From: Oscillospiraceae bacterium | Lineage (GTDB): Bacteria; Bacteroidota; Bacteroidia; Bacteroidales; WCHB1-69 | Assembly: GCA_963603365.1 (NCBI GenBank) | Contig: CAVCMI010000015.1 | Coordinates: 97,964 to 161,963 of the forward strand | Direction of reading: 5' to 3' | Length of the DNA stretch: 64,000 bases | Shown here: positions 37,141 through 46,506 of the stretch, one piece after another | Layout: each line of letters opens with the position of its first letter | How positions within the stretch are numbered: position 1 is the stretch's first letter | The notes under the pieces: generated by a model | The model's database searches: none | What the model saw: the letters and a program-made list of their open reading frames with translations, nothing else | Told to the model about the DNA's origin: nothing | Position numbers and translations under genes: made by a program

Positions 37141-38208
37141 TTACCTCTGCTGTTTTATCAGTTGACCGCAGGCGGCGGCAATGTCTTGACCACGGCTCTG
37201 CCGTACATTGACCACCATATTGCAGTCTTCCAAATATTTGATAAAAGCCTCGCGCCGGTTTGGAAAGGATCGGCGGTAGGGGCATCCCGCCGTGTCATTA
37301 TACTCGATAATGTTGATTTTCACGGGAAACGGACGGCAGAAACGGGCGAGCCTCTCGGCGGCCTGCTGAGTGTCGTTTACCTCGGAAAGCAGCAGATACT
37401 CAATAGTGATGCGCGTGCCGGTTTTCTTGTGAAACAAAGACAGTGCGGCTTGCAAATCATGGAGGCTATTGGTTTTTGTTACAGGCATAAGCTTTTCACG
37501 GACAGTTGGTTCTGCGCTATGCAATGACACGGCCAGTCCTGCAGGGAAGCCCGTTTCGGCCAAAGCCCGTATGCCTTTCACAATGCCGGCAGTGGAAAGC
37601 GTGATGCGAGTAGGCGAAAGCCCGATGCCGGTTTGGTCTGTCAGTATCTGCACGGCGGAAGACACATTGTCCAAGTTCAGGAGCGGCTCGCCCATGCCCA
37701 TAAACACAATATTCGTGATGCCTCTGCCGTAGAGTTCAGCGGAACGGCGGTTCATCAGAAAAAACTCGTCCATTATCTCACTATAGTGCAAGTTGCGCAC
37801 AAAGCCCATTTTTCCTGTGGCGCAGAATGCGCATCCGAGCGGGCAGCCCACTTGGGAGGACAGGCATGCCGTCACCCTATTGCCCGTAGGGATAAGCACC
37901 CCCTCAATGCGTTTTTCGTCGTGCAGACGGATGATATACTTGGCGGTCTTGTCTTTGCTTTGCACTTCCTGCTCGATTGCGGCGTGGTGGAACGAGAAAT
38001 GGGCGGACAGTTTCTCGCGGAAAGCGGCAGAAAGGTCCGTCATTTCGTCGAAGCCGGCCACGCCTTTCACCCACAGCCAAGTGTGTATCTGCTTGGTGCG
38101 AAATCTCTTCTCTCCTGCAGTTGTGACAAAAGCTTCGATTTGGGAGAACGGTATGTGTCGGATGTCGTCCATGGAAACATAATGGTGGGGCCGCCAAAGC
38201 GGCCCCAC
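37141..38208 (-). CDS. rlmN: 23S rRNA/tRNA (adenine-C2)-methyltransferase RlmN (radical SAM)
   Basis: FRTKQIHTWLW, radical-SAM cluster motif GCPLGCAFCATG, MGMGEPLLN, C-terminal QSRGQDIAAACGQL. The true start may be MDDIRHIP at 38172. Confidence 0.92.
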   Translation of the reverse strand: MGPLWRPHHYVSMDDIRHIPFSQIEAFVTTAGEKRFRTKQIHTWLWVKGVAGFDEMTDLSAAFREKLSAHFSFHHAAIEQEVQSKDKTAKYIIRLHDEKRIEGVLIPTGNRVTACLSSQVGCPLGCAFCATGKMGFVRNLHYSEIMDEFFLMNRRSAELYGRGITNIVFMGMGEPLLNLDNVSSAVQILTDQTGIGLSPTRITLSTAGIVKGIRALAETGFPAGLAVSLHSAEPTVREKLMPVTKTNSLHDLQAALSLFHKKTGTRITIEYLLLSEVNDTQQAAERLARFCRPFPVKINIIEYNDTAGCPYRRSFPNRREAFIKYLEDCNMVVNVRQSRGQDIAAACGQLIKQQR

Positions 38209-38231
38209 CGGATTGACTGTTCTTAAACAGG

Positions 38232-39431
38232 TTATTTCACAAGGTTATAAGTATCCATTGCCATCACAAGTTCCTCATTGGTAGTGACTGACACCAGTTT
38301 TACAGTAGAATCGGGGGTGGAGATGATTCCGTCCTCACCGGCATATTTTTGGTTCGCTTCGGGGTCAAGTTTGGCACCGAGAAACTCAAGGCCGCTACAG
38401 ATAGCCTCGCGCTGGAACCATGCATTCTCGCCGATGCCGCCGGTGAACAAGATGACATCAACACCGCCCATGGCGGCAGCGTATGCGCCGATGTATTTCT
38501 TTACGCGGTAGGCAAACATATTGAATGCGTATGCAGCACGTTCGTCGCCGGCATCGCGTCCGGCGCGGATGTCGCGCATGTCAACACTCTTGCCCGAGAT
38601 TCCAAGCAGTCCTGATTTTTTGTTTATCAAAGTGTTAAGTCCTTTCGTATCCATTTTTTCAGAATCCATGATGTAAATCAGCGCACCGGCGTCAATGTCG
38701 CCGCAGCGTGTGCCCATCATAAGTCCCTCTACTGGGGTGAAGCCCATGGAGTTGTCGATGGACTTGCCGTCCTTGATGGCACAGATTGAAGCTCCGTTGC
38801 CCAGATGACAGCTTACAATCTTGCAATGCTCGTAGTCATAGCCTGTCAGTTGTGCGGCTTTCGGCCCTACATATTTATGGCTGGTGCCGTGGAAGCCGTA
38901 GCGACGGATCTTCTTTTCCGTATAGTACTCGTATGGAATGGCATACAAGAAAGCCTCAGGCGGCATAGTCTGGTGGAAAGATGTGTCGAAGATGCCGACA
39001 TGCTTGATGCCCGGCAGCTTTTTTTTCATCGCATCGATACCGACCAAAGAGGCTGGATTGTGCAGCGGGGCCAACTCGCAGAGTTTGGCTATCTCCTCTC
39101 GCTCTTTTTCTCCAATGACCATGCTGCACTTGAAGTATTCTCCGCCGTGGGCAACGCGGTGTCCAACAGCATTGATTTCGTCCAACGACTTGATGACGCC
39201 ATGTTTGGGGTCTGTCAGCGCATCCAGCACCAGTTGTACCCCGGCTTCATGGTTTTCGATGGGCTTTTGCACGTAATATTTGTCTTTCCCGCTCGGCTTA
39301 TGCGTAAACTCTCCCATTTCCAATCCTATGCGTTCAACAAGCCCCTTGGCCAGCAGTTCAGGTTGCGGTTCCATCTCCAAAAGCTGGTATTTGATGGAAG
39401 AACTGCCGCAGTTTAAAACTAAAACTTTCAT
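38232..39431 (-). CDS. ackA: acetate kinase
   Basis: MKVLVLNCGSSSIKYQL..., GHRVAHGG, FDTSFHQTMP, YGFHGTSH, CHLGNGASI, FTGGIGEN. Confidence 0.96.
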   Translation of the reverse strand: MKVLVLNCGSSSIKYQLLEMEPQPELLAKGLVERIGLEMGEFTHKPSGKDKYYVQKPIENHEAGVQLVLDALTDPKHGVIKSLDEINAVGHRVAHGGEYFKCSMVIGEKEREEIAKLCELAPLHNPASLVGIDAMKKKLPGIKHVGIFDTSFHQTMPPEAFLYAIPYEYYTEKKIRRYGFHGTSHKYVGPKAAQLTGYDYEHCKIVSCHLGNGASICAIKDGKSIDNSMGFTPVEGLMMGTRCGDIDAGALIYIMDSEKMDTKGLNTLINKKSGLLGISGKSVDMRDIRAGRDAGDERAAYAFNMFAYRVKKYIGAYAAAMGGVDVILFTGGIGENAWFQREAICSGLEFLGAKLDPEANQKYAGEDGIISTPDSTVKLVSVTTNEELVMAMDTYNLVK

Positions 39432-39495
39432 CTTATTGTGATTTATTAAAATAGTGTTTCTGTCGTTAAAACTATATCCCTGTTTTTATGGGTGG

Positions 39496-39503
39496 CAAAT
39501 ATA
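39496..39503 (-). promoter_or_regulatory. -7 promoter box for ackA
   Basis: TATATTTG on the minus strand, 65 nt upstream of the ackA ATG (39431). Confidence 0.5.
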
Positions 39504-39645
39504 CAAATTAAATCAAAACTTCTTTGTTGTTTTTTTCAAGCCAATTACAGCGACGGCAATTCTGGCGTGGTCCCGCAGAAGCTTGCGCCCTGTGACGGCA
39601 AAAGTTTTTTTATCATGAAAGTCGGCGGCGGTTTTGCTATTTTTA

Positions 39646-39653
39646 TACCTTTG
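39646..39653 (+). promoter_or_regulatory. -7 promoter box for nifJ (PFOR)
   Basis: TACCTTTG, 54 nt upstream of the ATG at 39707. Confidence 0.55.
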
Positions 39654-39706
39654 CACGCTTTTTCAGAAAGTATATATATATTACAACAACTTAATACGAA
39701 AAGACT

Positions 39707-42700
39707 ATGGTAGAAAAGAAATTCATGACATGCGACGGCAACTGCGCCGCTGCGCATGTCGCCTACATGTTCAGCGAAGTGGCTGCTATTTACCCCATTA
39801 CGCCCTCGTCTCCTATGGCTGAATACATTGACGAATGGAGTGCCGGCGGCAGGAAAAACATTTTCGGCGAGACTGTCAAAGTCGTCGAGATGCAGTCAGA
39901 GGCCGGTGCCGCAGGTGCCGTGCATGGTTCTTTGCAGGCTGGTGCCCTGACTACCACCTATACGGCATCGCAAGGTCTCTTGCTGATGATACCGAACATG
40001 TACAAAATTGCGGGAGAGCTGCTCCCCGGCGTATTCCACGTATCCGCGCGTGCACTGGCCGCACAGGCACTCTCCATCTTCGGTGACCATGCCGACGTGA
40101 TGAGCACGCGTCAGACGGGCTTTGCTATGCTCGCCACCAGTTCCGTGCAGGAAATTATGGACCTTGCACCTGTTGCCCATCTGGCCGCCATCGAGGGCCG
40201 GGTCCCGTTCCTCCATTTCTTTGACGGATTCCGCACTTCTCACGAAATCCAGAAAGTGGAAGCCGCAGACCAGGACGAACTCGCCAAGCTTATTGACTGG
40301 GATGCGCTCAAGGCCTACCGTGAGCGTGCCCTCAACCCGGAACACCCCGTAACCCGTGGCACCGCACAAAACCCTGACATCTACTTCCAAACCAGAGAAG
40401 CACAGAACAAGTTCTATGACGCCATCCCCGACATCGTAGCCAAATACATGAAGGAGATGAGCAGAATCACCGGCCGCGAATATGCTCCGTTCACCTATTA
40501 CGGCGCAAAAGACGCCACCGACATCCTCGTCGCCATCGGCTCTATCAACGATGTCATCAAGACTGTCATCGACAAGGAAAACGCCTCGGGCAAGAAACTC
40601 GGCCTCATCACTGTCCATCTGTACCGTCCGTTCTCCGTCAAGTACCTGCGCGCCGTGCTTCCGGAAACCGTAAAACGCATCTGTGTGCTTGACAGAACCA
40701 AAGAAATCGGCGCAAACGGCGAACCGCTCTATCTCGACATAGTGGAAGCATTCAAGGATTGCCCGAAGAAACCTTTGATCATCGGCGGGCGCTACGGTCT
40801 CTCTTCAAAAGACACGACCCCGGCACATATCCTCTCCGTGTTCAACAATCTGGCTTCTGAGAACCCGATGAACCAATTCACCGTCGGCATCGTTGACGAT
40901 GTCACTCACCTCTCCCTGCCGTCACTTCCCGAGATTTCCATTCTCCCGAAAGGCACGTTCGAGGCTAAATTCTACGGTCTTGGCGCTGACGGCACCGTGG
41001 GCGCCAACAAGAACTCCATCAAGATCATCGGCGACAACACCAACAAGTACAGCCAGGCTTACTTTGATTATGACTCCAAGAAATCAGGCGGCTACACCTG
41101 CTCTCACCTGCGCTTCGGCGATGAACCGATTCTGGCCCCGTACCTGGTAGGTACACCTGACTTCGTGGCCGTCCATGTTCCCTCTTACCTGAGCAAATAC
41201 GACTGCTTGCGCGGCTTGAAAGACAACGGCACTTTCCTCTACAACTCCCCTTGGGACGCCGAAGAGACAAAAAAACACCTGCCTGACTTCGTCAAGAAAT
41301 ACCTGGCGCTGCACCACATCACCATGTACACCATCGACGCCACCAAGATTGCCGCTGAGATCGGACTGGGCAACAGGACCAACACCATCCTCCAATCCGC
41401 TTTCTTCAAGATTTCCGGCGTTATCCCTTACGACCTCGCTGTAGAACAGATGAAGAAATTCATCGTCAAGTCATACGGCAAGAAAGGCGAAGATGTAGTG
41501 AACAAGAACTATGCCGCTGTTGACCGCGGCGGTGAGATTACGAAGATTGAAATCCCGACAGAATGGGCAAACCTCGACTGCACAACGGATTTCGTTTTCG
41601 CCCACAATGACAACGACCCCGAGTTCATCAACAAAGTGATGCGTCCTATGGTGGCACAATGCGGAAACGACCTGCCAGTCAGCGCATTCAAAGACATCAT
41701 CGACGGCACGTTCCCTGCCGGCACTACGGCTTACGAGAAACGCGGCGTTGCCACTGTCGTTCCGGAGTGGAATCCGGCAAATTGTATCCAGTGCAACCAG
41801 TGCGCGCTCATCTGCCCTCACGCTGCCATCCGTCCTGTGGTCATGACAGACGAAGAGCAGAAGATTGCCCCTGCCTCGATGAAAACCATCGACATGAAGG
41901 TTCCGAAAGAACTTGCCGGCATGCATTTCCGTATGCAGGTGTCCGCCCTCGACTGTACGGGTTGCGGCAACTGCGCCGACGTATGTCCCGCCAAAGAGAA
42001 AGCGCTTGTGATGAAACCGCTCGAGAGCCAACTGCACGAAGCCGAAAACTGGGAGTACGGACAAAAGAAGGTCACCTACAAGGACAACCTCATCGACAAG
42101 TTCGCTTCTGTCAAGAACAGCCAGTTCGCACAACCGCTGTTTGAATTCTCCGGTGCCTGCGCAGGCTGCGGCGAGACTCCGTATATCAAATGCATCACGC
42201 AATTGTTCGGCGAAAGGATGATCGTAGCCAACGCCACGGGCTGCTCTTCCATCTATGGCGGTTCTGCTCCCGCAACCCCTTACTGCAAGAACTTCAGAAG
42301 CGGCAAGGGCGTGGCTTGGGCAAACAGCCTCTTCGAGGACAACGCCGAGTTCGGCCTCGGCATGGCCACCGCTACACGCCAGATGCGCGACCGCGTGGAA
42401 CGCATCATGCGCGAAGCCATTGAAAAATGCAACTGCTGCTCTCAAGAACTCAAAGACCTCTTCCAACAGTGGATCGACAACCGCGAATGCGGCAAGACTA
42501 CCCAAGAACTTGCTGACAAGATCGTTCCGATGGCAGAAGCCTGCGGCTGCGACTACTGCAAGCAGATTGTAGACCTGAAAGACCATCTTGTCAAGAAATC
42601 CCAATGGATCTTCGGCGGCGACGGCTGGGCTTACGATATAGGCTTCGGCGGCCTTGACCATGTGCTGGCAAGCGGCGAGGACGTGAACGTGCTCGTCCTT

Positions 42701-43249
42701 GACACGGAAGTCTATTCCAACACCGGCGGACAGTCCTCTAAGGCCACTCCGGCCGGCGCTGTGGCCAAATTCGCTTCCTCCGGCAAAAAGGTACGCAAGA
42801 AAGACCTCGGCATGATTGCCAAGAGCTATGGCTATGTGTATGTGGCTCAAGTGGCCATGGGCGCAAACCAGTCACAGTACTTCAAAGCCATAAAAGAAGC
42901 CGAGGCTTACCACGGCCCCTCTTTGGTCATCTGCTACGCTCCATGTATCAACCACGGCATCAAGGTGGGCATGGGACGCACCCAACACGAAGAGGCCAAG
43001 GCTGTGGAATGTGGATACTGGCATCTCTGGCGCTTCAACCCCGAAGAGGAAGACGCCGGCAAAAACGGCTTCCACCTCGACAGCAAAGAACCCGACTGGA
43101 GCAAATTCCAGGATTTCATCATGGGCGAAGTTCGCTACAACTCTCTGCTCAAGACTTTCCCGGACGAGGCAAAGGAACTCTTCGAGAAGACACAGCAGTT
43201 TGCCCAACTCCGCTATGACGGCTACAAGAAACTGAGCGAAGGGAAATAA
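39707..43249 (+). CDS. nifJ: pyruvate:ferredoxin (flavodoxin) oxidoreductase (PFOR)
   Basis: 1180 aa. KKFMTCDGNCAAAHVAYMFSEVAAIYPITPSS, two ferredoxin-type clusters (CIQCNQCALICPHAA, CTGCGNCADVCPAK), TPP-domain GGDGWAYDIGFGGLDHV. Confidence 0.97.
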   Translation: MVEKKFMTCDGNCAAAHVAYMFSEVAAIYPITPSSPMAEYIDEWSAGGRKNIFGETVKVVEMQSEAGAAGAVHGSLQAGALTTTYTASQGLLLMIPNMYKIAGELLPGVFHVSARALAAQALSIFGDHADVMSTRQTGFAMLATSSVQEIMDLAPVAHLAAIEGRVPFLHFFDGFRTSHEIQKVEAADQDELAKLIDWDALKAYRERALNPEHPVTRGTAQNPDIYFQTREAQNKFYDAIPDIVAKYMKEMSRITGREYAPFTYYGAKDATDILVAIGSINDVIKTVIDKENASGKKLGLITVHLYRPFSVKYLRAVLPETVKRICVLDRTKEIGANGEPLYLDIVEAFKDCPKKPLIIGGRYGLSSKDTTPAHILSVFNNLASENPMNQFTVGIVDDVTHLSLPSLPEISILPKGTFEAKFYGLGADGTVGANKNSIKIIGDNTNKYSQAYFDYDSKKSGGYTCSHLRFGDEPILAPYLVGTPDFVAVHVPSYLSKYDCLRGLKDNGTFLYNSPWDAEETKKHLPDFVKKYLALHHITMYTIDATKIAAEIGLGNRTNTILQSAFFKISGVIPYDLAVEQMKKFIVKSYGKKGEDVVNKNYAAVDRGGEITKIEIPTEWANLDCTTDFVFAHNDNDPEFINKVMRPMVAQCGNDLPVSAFKDIIDGTFPAGTTAYEKRGVATVVPEWNPANCIQCNQCALICPHAAIRPVVMTDEEQKIAPASMKTIDMKVPKELAGMHFRMQVSALDCTGCGNCADVCPAKEKALVMKPLESQLHEAENWEYGQKKVTYKDNLIDKFASVKNSQFAQPLFEFSGACAGCGETPYIKCITQLFGERMIVANATGCSSIYGGSAPATPYCKNFRSGKGVAWANSLFEDNAEFGLGMATATRQMRDRVERIMREAIEKCNCCSQELKDLFQQWIDNRECGKTTQELADKIVPMAEACGCDYCKQIVDLKDHLVKKSQWIFGGDGWAYDIGFGGLDHVLASGEDVNVLVLDTEVYSNTGGQSSKATPAGAVAKFASSGKKVRKKDLGMIAKSYGYVYVAQVAMGANQSQYFKAIKEAEAYHGPSLVICYAPCINHGIKVGMGRTQHEEAKAVECGYWHLWRFNPEEEDAGKNGFHLDSKEPDWSKFQDFIMGEVRYNSLLKTFPDEAKELFEKTQQFAQLRYDGYKKLSEGK

Positions 43250-43267
43250 CCCTGTCGATATCCTCTC

Positions 43268-43300
43268 AAAAAGGTGCATCTCAAAGGTGCACCTTTTTTT
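43268..43300 (+). terminator. rho-independent terminator of nifJ
   Basis: AAAGGTGCA-(9 nt)-TGCACCTTT followed by a T7 run. Confidence 0.7.
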
Positions 43301-43325
43301 GTCTGTGCCCAGACATATATTATTG

Positions 43326-43333
43326 TATCTTTG
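43326..43333 (+). promoter_or_regulatory. -7 promoter box for the C69 dipeptidase gene
   Basis: TATCTTTG, 84 nt upstream of the ATG at 43417. Confidence 0.5.
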
Positions 43334-43416
43334 CACGTTTTTTTATTCCGGAACACTGACTGACGGCAGACAGCTTACAAAACCGGAACAATAGTCGCAC
43401 TAATCAAGAAAGAATA

Positions 43417-45021
43417 ATGAACATAAAAAGGATGAAGACGATGTTTTGCTGTCTCCTTTTGACGGCATCTTTTCCTCTTTTTGCACAACACCCTGAAGTC
43501 GATTCTGATTACGGCATGGAGTGTACGACGATAACCGTCGGCAAAAAGGCTTCGGCAGACGGGTCTGTGATGACCTCTCACACCGATGACAGTCACCGCT
43601 CGCGCACAAACATATTGGTAGAACCTGCCAAAGACCACGAAAAGGGAGAGCGGCAAACGCTCTACAAGCGGCAGTGGGCACCCCGTAAAGCCGGAGAGAT
43701 GGCTCGATATGAGAACATTCCGGTTGGCGACATTGAGCAGGTTCCCCATACCTTTCAATTCCTGAACACGGCCTATCCTTGCGTCAACGAGAAACAGCTG
43801 GCCATCGGGGAATCCACCTTTGGCGGCAGAGCAGAACTGAAATCAGACAGCGGACTTATTGACTGCCAAAGGCTCTGCATGCTGATGCTGCAACGGTGCA
43901 GCACTGCCCGCCAAGCAATCCGTATGGCTGACGACCTGCTGAAACGCTACGGCTGGATTGATGCCGGCGAGTGCCTGACCATAGCCGACAAAAAAGAAGT
44001 CTGGCATCTTGAAATCCTCGGCCCGGGCAAAGGAAAAGTCGGTGCCGTCTGGGCTGCACAACGTGTGCCCGACGAACATGTGGCCGTCAATGCCAACGCC
44101 TCCACTATCCGCGAGATCAACCTGAAAGACAAGGACTTTTTTATGGCTTCTGACAATGTTTTTTCCTTGGCTCAAGAAAACGGTTGGTGGGATGGGGAAA
44201 GCACCTTCCGGTTCGCCTACGCCTACGCGCCGCAGACACGCACTATGATAGCCTGCCGCCGGCGGGAGTGGCGCGTATTTGACCTTGTGGCACCCTCGCT
44301 GCATCTCGACCCTAATGCCGAAAACTACCCGTTTTCGGTAAAGCCCGACACGCTCGTTTCTTTAGAAAAGATGATGAGCATCTTCAAAGATTATTATGAA
44401 GGAACGCCATACGATATGCGTAAAACGCTGACAGTTACCGACAAAGACGGCAAAACTGTCATTTCGCCGATGGCAAACCCGTTCATGAAAAGCGACGAGT
44501 TGAAACTGCACCGCATCAATGGCGGATGGAATGAGTTGGGAGAACGCAACATTGCCGTTCATTTCACGGTTTATGCCACCATTATACAATGCCGCGACAA
44601 AATGCCCGATGTGGTGGGAGCGTTATGCTGGTTCGCGCTCGACAATGTTGCCTCGTCAATCTATGTGCCCATTTATGCCAATGTCACCGCTTTGCCCAAA
44701 ACATACGAAACCGACGGACGGCAGACAGGCTTCAGCCGCGACGCCGCCTGGTGGGGGTTCAACCGTCTGGGCACCATCGCTGCTCAACGCTGGGGCGACA
44801 TGCACAAGGTTATAGACGCAATCTGGAATCCCCTCCAACAAGAGTTCATTCAGCAGCACAAGGAAGCAGACGCAAAGGCTCTGGAACTGCTCCGGCAAGG
44901 CAACCGCAACGAGGCGCTTAAGGTGCTTACTGACTTTACCGGCTTCTGCAGCACTACTGCCGTAGAGCAATCCTGGAAACTGGGCGACTATATCTGGACC
45001 AACTTTGACGGGATGTGGTAG
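43417..45021 (+). CDS. C69-family dipeptidase (secreted)
   Basis: Signal peptide, then GMECTTITVGKKASADGSVMTSHTDD (N-terminal nucleophile Cys context typical of peptidase C69); about 530-aa size. Confidence 0.8.
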   Translation: MNIKRMKTMFCCLLLTASFPLFAQHPEVDSDYGMECTTITVGKKASADGSVMTSHTDDSHRSRTNILVEPAKDHEKGERQTLYKRQWAPRKAGEMARYENIPVGDIEQVPHTFQFLNTAYPCVNEKQLAIGESTFGGRAELKSDSGLIDCQRLCMLMLQRCSTARQAIRMADDLLKRYGWIDAGECLTIADKKEVWHLEILGPGKGKVGAVWAAQRVPDEHVAVNANASTIREINLKDKDFFMASDNVFSLAQENGWWDGESTFRFAYAYAPQTRTMIACRRREWRVFDLVAPSLHLDPNAENYPFSVKPDTLVSLEKMMSIFKDYYEGTPYDMRKTLTVTDKDGKTVISPMANPFMKSDELKLHRINGGWNELGERNIAVHFTVYATIIQCRDKMPDVVGALCWFALDNVASSIYVPIYANVTALPKTYETDGRQTGFSRDAAWWGFNRLGTIAAQRWGDMHKVIDAIWNPLQQEFIQQHKEADAKALELLRQGNRNEALKVLTDFTGFCSTTAVEQSWKLGDYIWTNFDGMW

Positions 45022-45043
45022 CATCATTCGTCAGTAATGACAC

Positions 45044-45078
45044 AAAAAAGGGATAGGCAGCGCAGCGCTGCCTATCCC
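45044..45078 (-). terminator. rho-independent terminator of the infC-rpmI-rplT operon (also closes the convergent dipeptidase gene)
   Basis: 13-bp GC-rich stem GGGATAGGCAGCG-CAG-CGCTGCCTATCCC. The A6 run on the plus strand gives a U-tract on the minus-strand transcript. Confidence 0.8.
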
Positions 45079-45123
45079 TGATATATCAAACTCCTTTTTA
45101 ATGTTTAAAATTTAGGCTGCTGT

Positions 45124-45468
45124 CTATTTCACTAAATCTACAATAGCCTTGAATGCCTCAGGATTGTTCATCGCGAGGTCGGCAAGAGCCTTGCGGTTGA
45201 GCGCGACGCCCTTCTTTGCCAGATTGCCCATCAAGACAGAATAGGAGATGCCGTATTCGCGGGCTCCCGCATTGATACGGGTAATCCACAAACTTCTGAA
45301 GCTTCTCTTCTTGTTTCTTCTGTCGCGGTAAGCATACTGTTGACCTTTCTCCCACGTATTGACTGCAACGGTCCAAACGTTTCTGCGTTTGCCGAAGTAC
45401 CCACGGGTACGTTTCAAAATCTTTTTTCTTCTTGCTCTTGAAGCAACATGATTTACTGATCTTGGCAT
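45124..45468 (-). CDS. rplT: 50S ribosomal protein L20
   Basis: [32 protein letters not shown]...[23 protein letters not shown]. Confidence 0.97.
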   Translation of the reverse strand: MPRSVNHVASRARRKKILKRTRGYFGKRRNVWTVAVNTWEKGQQYAYRDRRNKKRSFRSLWITRINAGAREYGISYSVLMGNLAKKGVALNRKALADLAMNNPEAFKAIVDLVK

Positions 45469-45562
45469 AATTAAGTTCCTTTCTAATTCTTACGTCAGCG
45501 GTTTAACTTTTAAACGCTTGATTGGCTGACAATAAAGTTTTTTTGTTAATAAATTGTGTTGA

Positions 45563-45760
45563 TTAGCACTGTCCGAGCATCTGCCGTACGGTGCGGTCCA
45601 AATTCTGTTCGACAATGGCGCTGTAAGCCAGATTACGTTTTCTCTTGGTAGATTTTTTCGTAAGAATGTGGCTGTGATAAGCGTGGTGTCTTTTGATCTT
45701 ACCGGTGCCGGTCAAGGTGAATCTCTTCTTGGCAGCGGATTTCGTTTTGATTTTTGGCAT
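45563..45760 (-). CDS. rpmI: 50S ribosomal protein L35
   Basis: [42 protein letters not shown]. Confidence 0.97.
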   Translation of the reverse strand: MPKIKTKSAAKKRFTLTGTGKIKRHHAYHSHILTKKSTKRKRNLAYSAIVEQNLDRTVRQMLGQC

Positions 45761-45810
45761 TTCTTTAAAGTTTTAAAAATTTATGTTTAGAGTTCAATAT
45801 ATTTCCTGTC

Positions 45811-46410
45811 CTATTTCTTCGATTTAGGGCTGATCATCACCGTCATGTTCTTCCCAACCAATGTAGGCATCTGGTCAAGCTTTCCGAACTCTTCCAGACT
45901 TTGGGCAAAACGGAGCAGCAACAATTCGCCTTGGTCTTTGTATATGATCGAACGGCCTCTGAATGTAACCATCACCTTAACCTTATAGCCGTCTTTCAGG
46001 AAGCGTTCTGCATGGTTGCGCTTGAAGTTGAAGTCATGGTCATCGGTCTGAGGCCCCATATGTATCTCCTTAACGGTAGTCTTGGCGCTGTTGGCCTTGA
46101 TTTCCTTGGCCTTCTTCTTCTGCTCATACAGGTATTTCTGGTAATCCATCACTTTACAGACCGGCGGATTGGCCTGCGGAGATATCTCTACCAAATCCAT
46201 TTCGTATTGGTCTGCAATGGCCAAAGCCTCACGCAATGAAACTATCTTCGGCGCGAAGTTTTCTCCTACGACTCTGACAGTCTGTGCTGTAATGAAATTG
46301 TTGATTCTGTGCTGGGCTTCCTTTTTGGAACGGGGACCGAACTGTCTCGGTCTGTTTTGAGGCGTTGTGTTCAAGGTTCCTTTCTTTTTCTGTAAAAACT
46401 TTATTATAAT
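45811..46410 (-). CDS. infC: translation initiation factor IF-3 (probable non-ATG start)
   Basis: HRINNFITAQTVRVVGENF...LVEISPQANPPVCKVMDYQKY...EIHMGPQTDDHDFNFK...MISPK. The only upstream in-frame ATG (46464) lies upstream of the TATTTTTG box at 46424-46431, so ATT at 46410 (or ATA 46407/46404, TTG 46374) is the likely start. Confidence 0.85.
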   Translation of the reverse strand: MIIKFLQKKKGTLNTTPQNRPRQFGPRSKKEAQHRINNFITAQTVRVVGENFAPKIVSLREALAIADQYEMDLVEISPQANPPVCKVMDYQKYLYEQKKKAKEIKANSAKTTVKEIHMGPQTDDHDFNFKRNHAERFLKDGYKVKVMVTFRGRSIIYKDQGELLLLRFAQSLEEFGKLDQMPTLVGKNMTVMISPKSKK

Positions 46411-46423
46411 AAATTTAAAGCGG

Positions 46424-46431
46424 CAAAAATA
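46424..46431 (-). promoter_or_regulatory. -7 promoter box for infC-rpmI-rplT
   Basis: TATTTTTG on the minus strand. It lies downstream of the only in-frame ATG of the long infC ORF and 14 nt upstream of the ATT at 46410. Confidence 0.55.
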
Positions 46432-46470
46432 CACTTTTTTTCGTGCTGATTCCGAATGATGCAATTTTTT

Positions 46471-46478
46471 TATTTTTG
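46471..46478 (+). promoter_or_regulatory. -7 promoter box for the DUF6089-like gene (and possibly uppS-bamA)
   Basis: TATTTTTG, 29 nt upstream of the ATG at 46507. Confidence 0.55.
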
Positions 46479-46506
46479 CAGCGTTTTACGGGAACTTTTG
46501 AAAAGA

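Noticed and set aside
36959-37285. N-terminal extensions in the ORF track: sbcD +109 aa; also 7446-7772, 18325-18513, 19761-19850, 46456-46506, 54528-54683, 56365-56439 and 10465-10569.
   Set aside because: The extensions run through promoter boxes or upstream genes and lack protein-like sequence. Canonical N-termini or signal peptides begin at the internal ATGs used here.
39552-39601. Short direct repeats in promoter regions: GACGGCAA twice upstream of nifJ at 39552 and 39594, and CCGGAACA twice upstream of the dipeptidase gene at 43348 and 43383.
   Set aside because: At 8 nt these are too short to distinguish from chance without comparative data, and no known operator consensus was recognised.
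41471-42850. Long antisense ORFs: 459 aa opposite nifJ; also 52931-53926 opposite ilvE, 18670-19449 opposite purD, 54699-55469 opposite ptb, 61859-62839 opposite ftsI, and 60718-61569 opposite murE.
   Set aside because: These are shadow ORFs on the opposite strand of strongly supported conserved genes. Their composition is low-complexity and Arg/Gly/His-rich, and they have no recognisable motifs.
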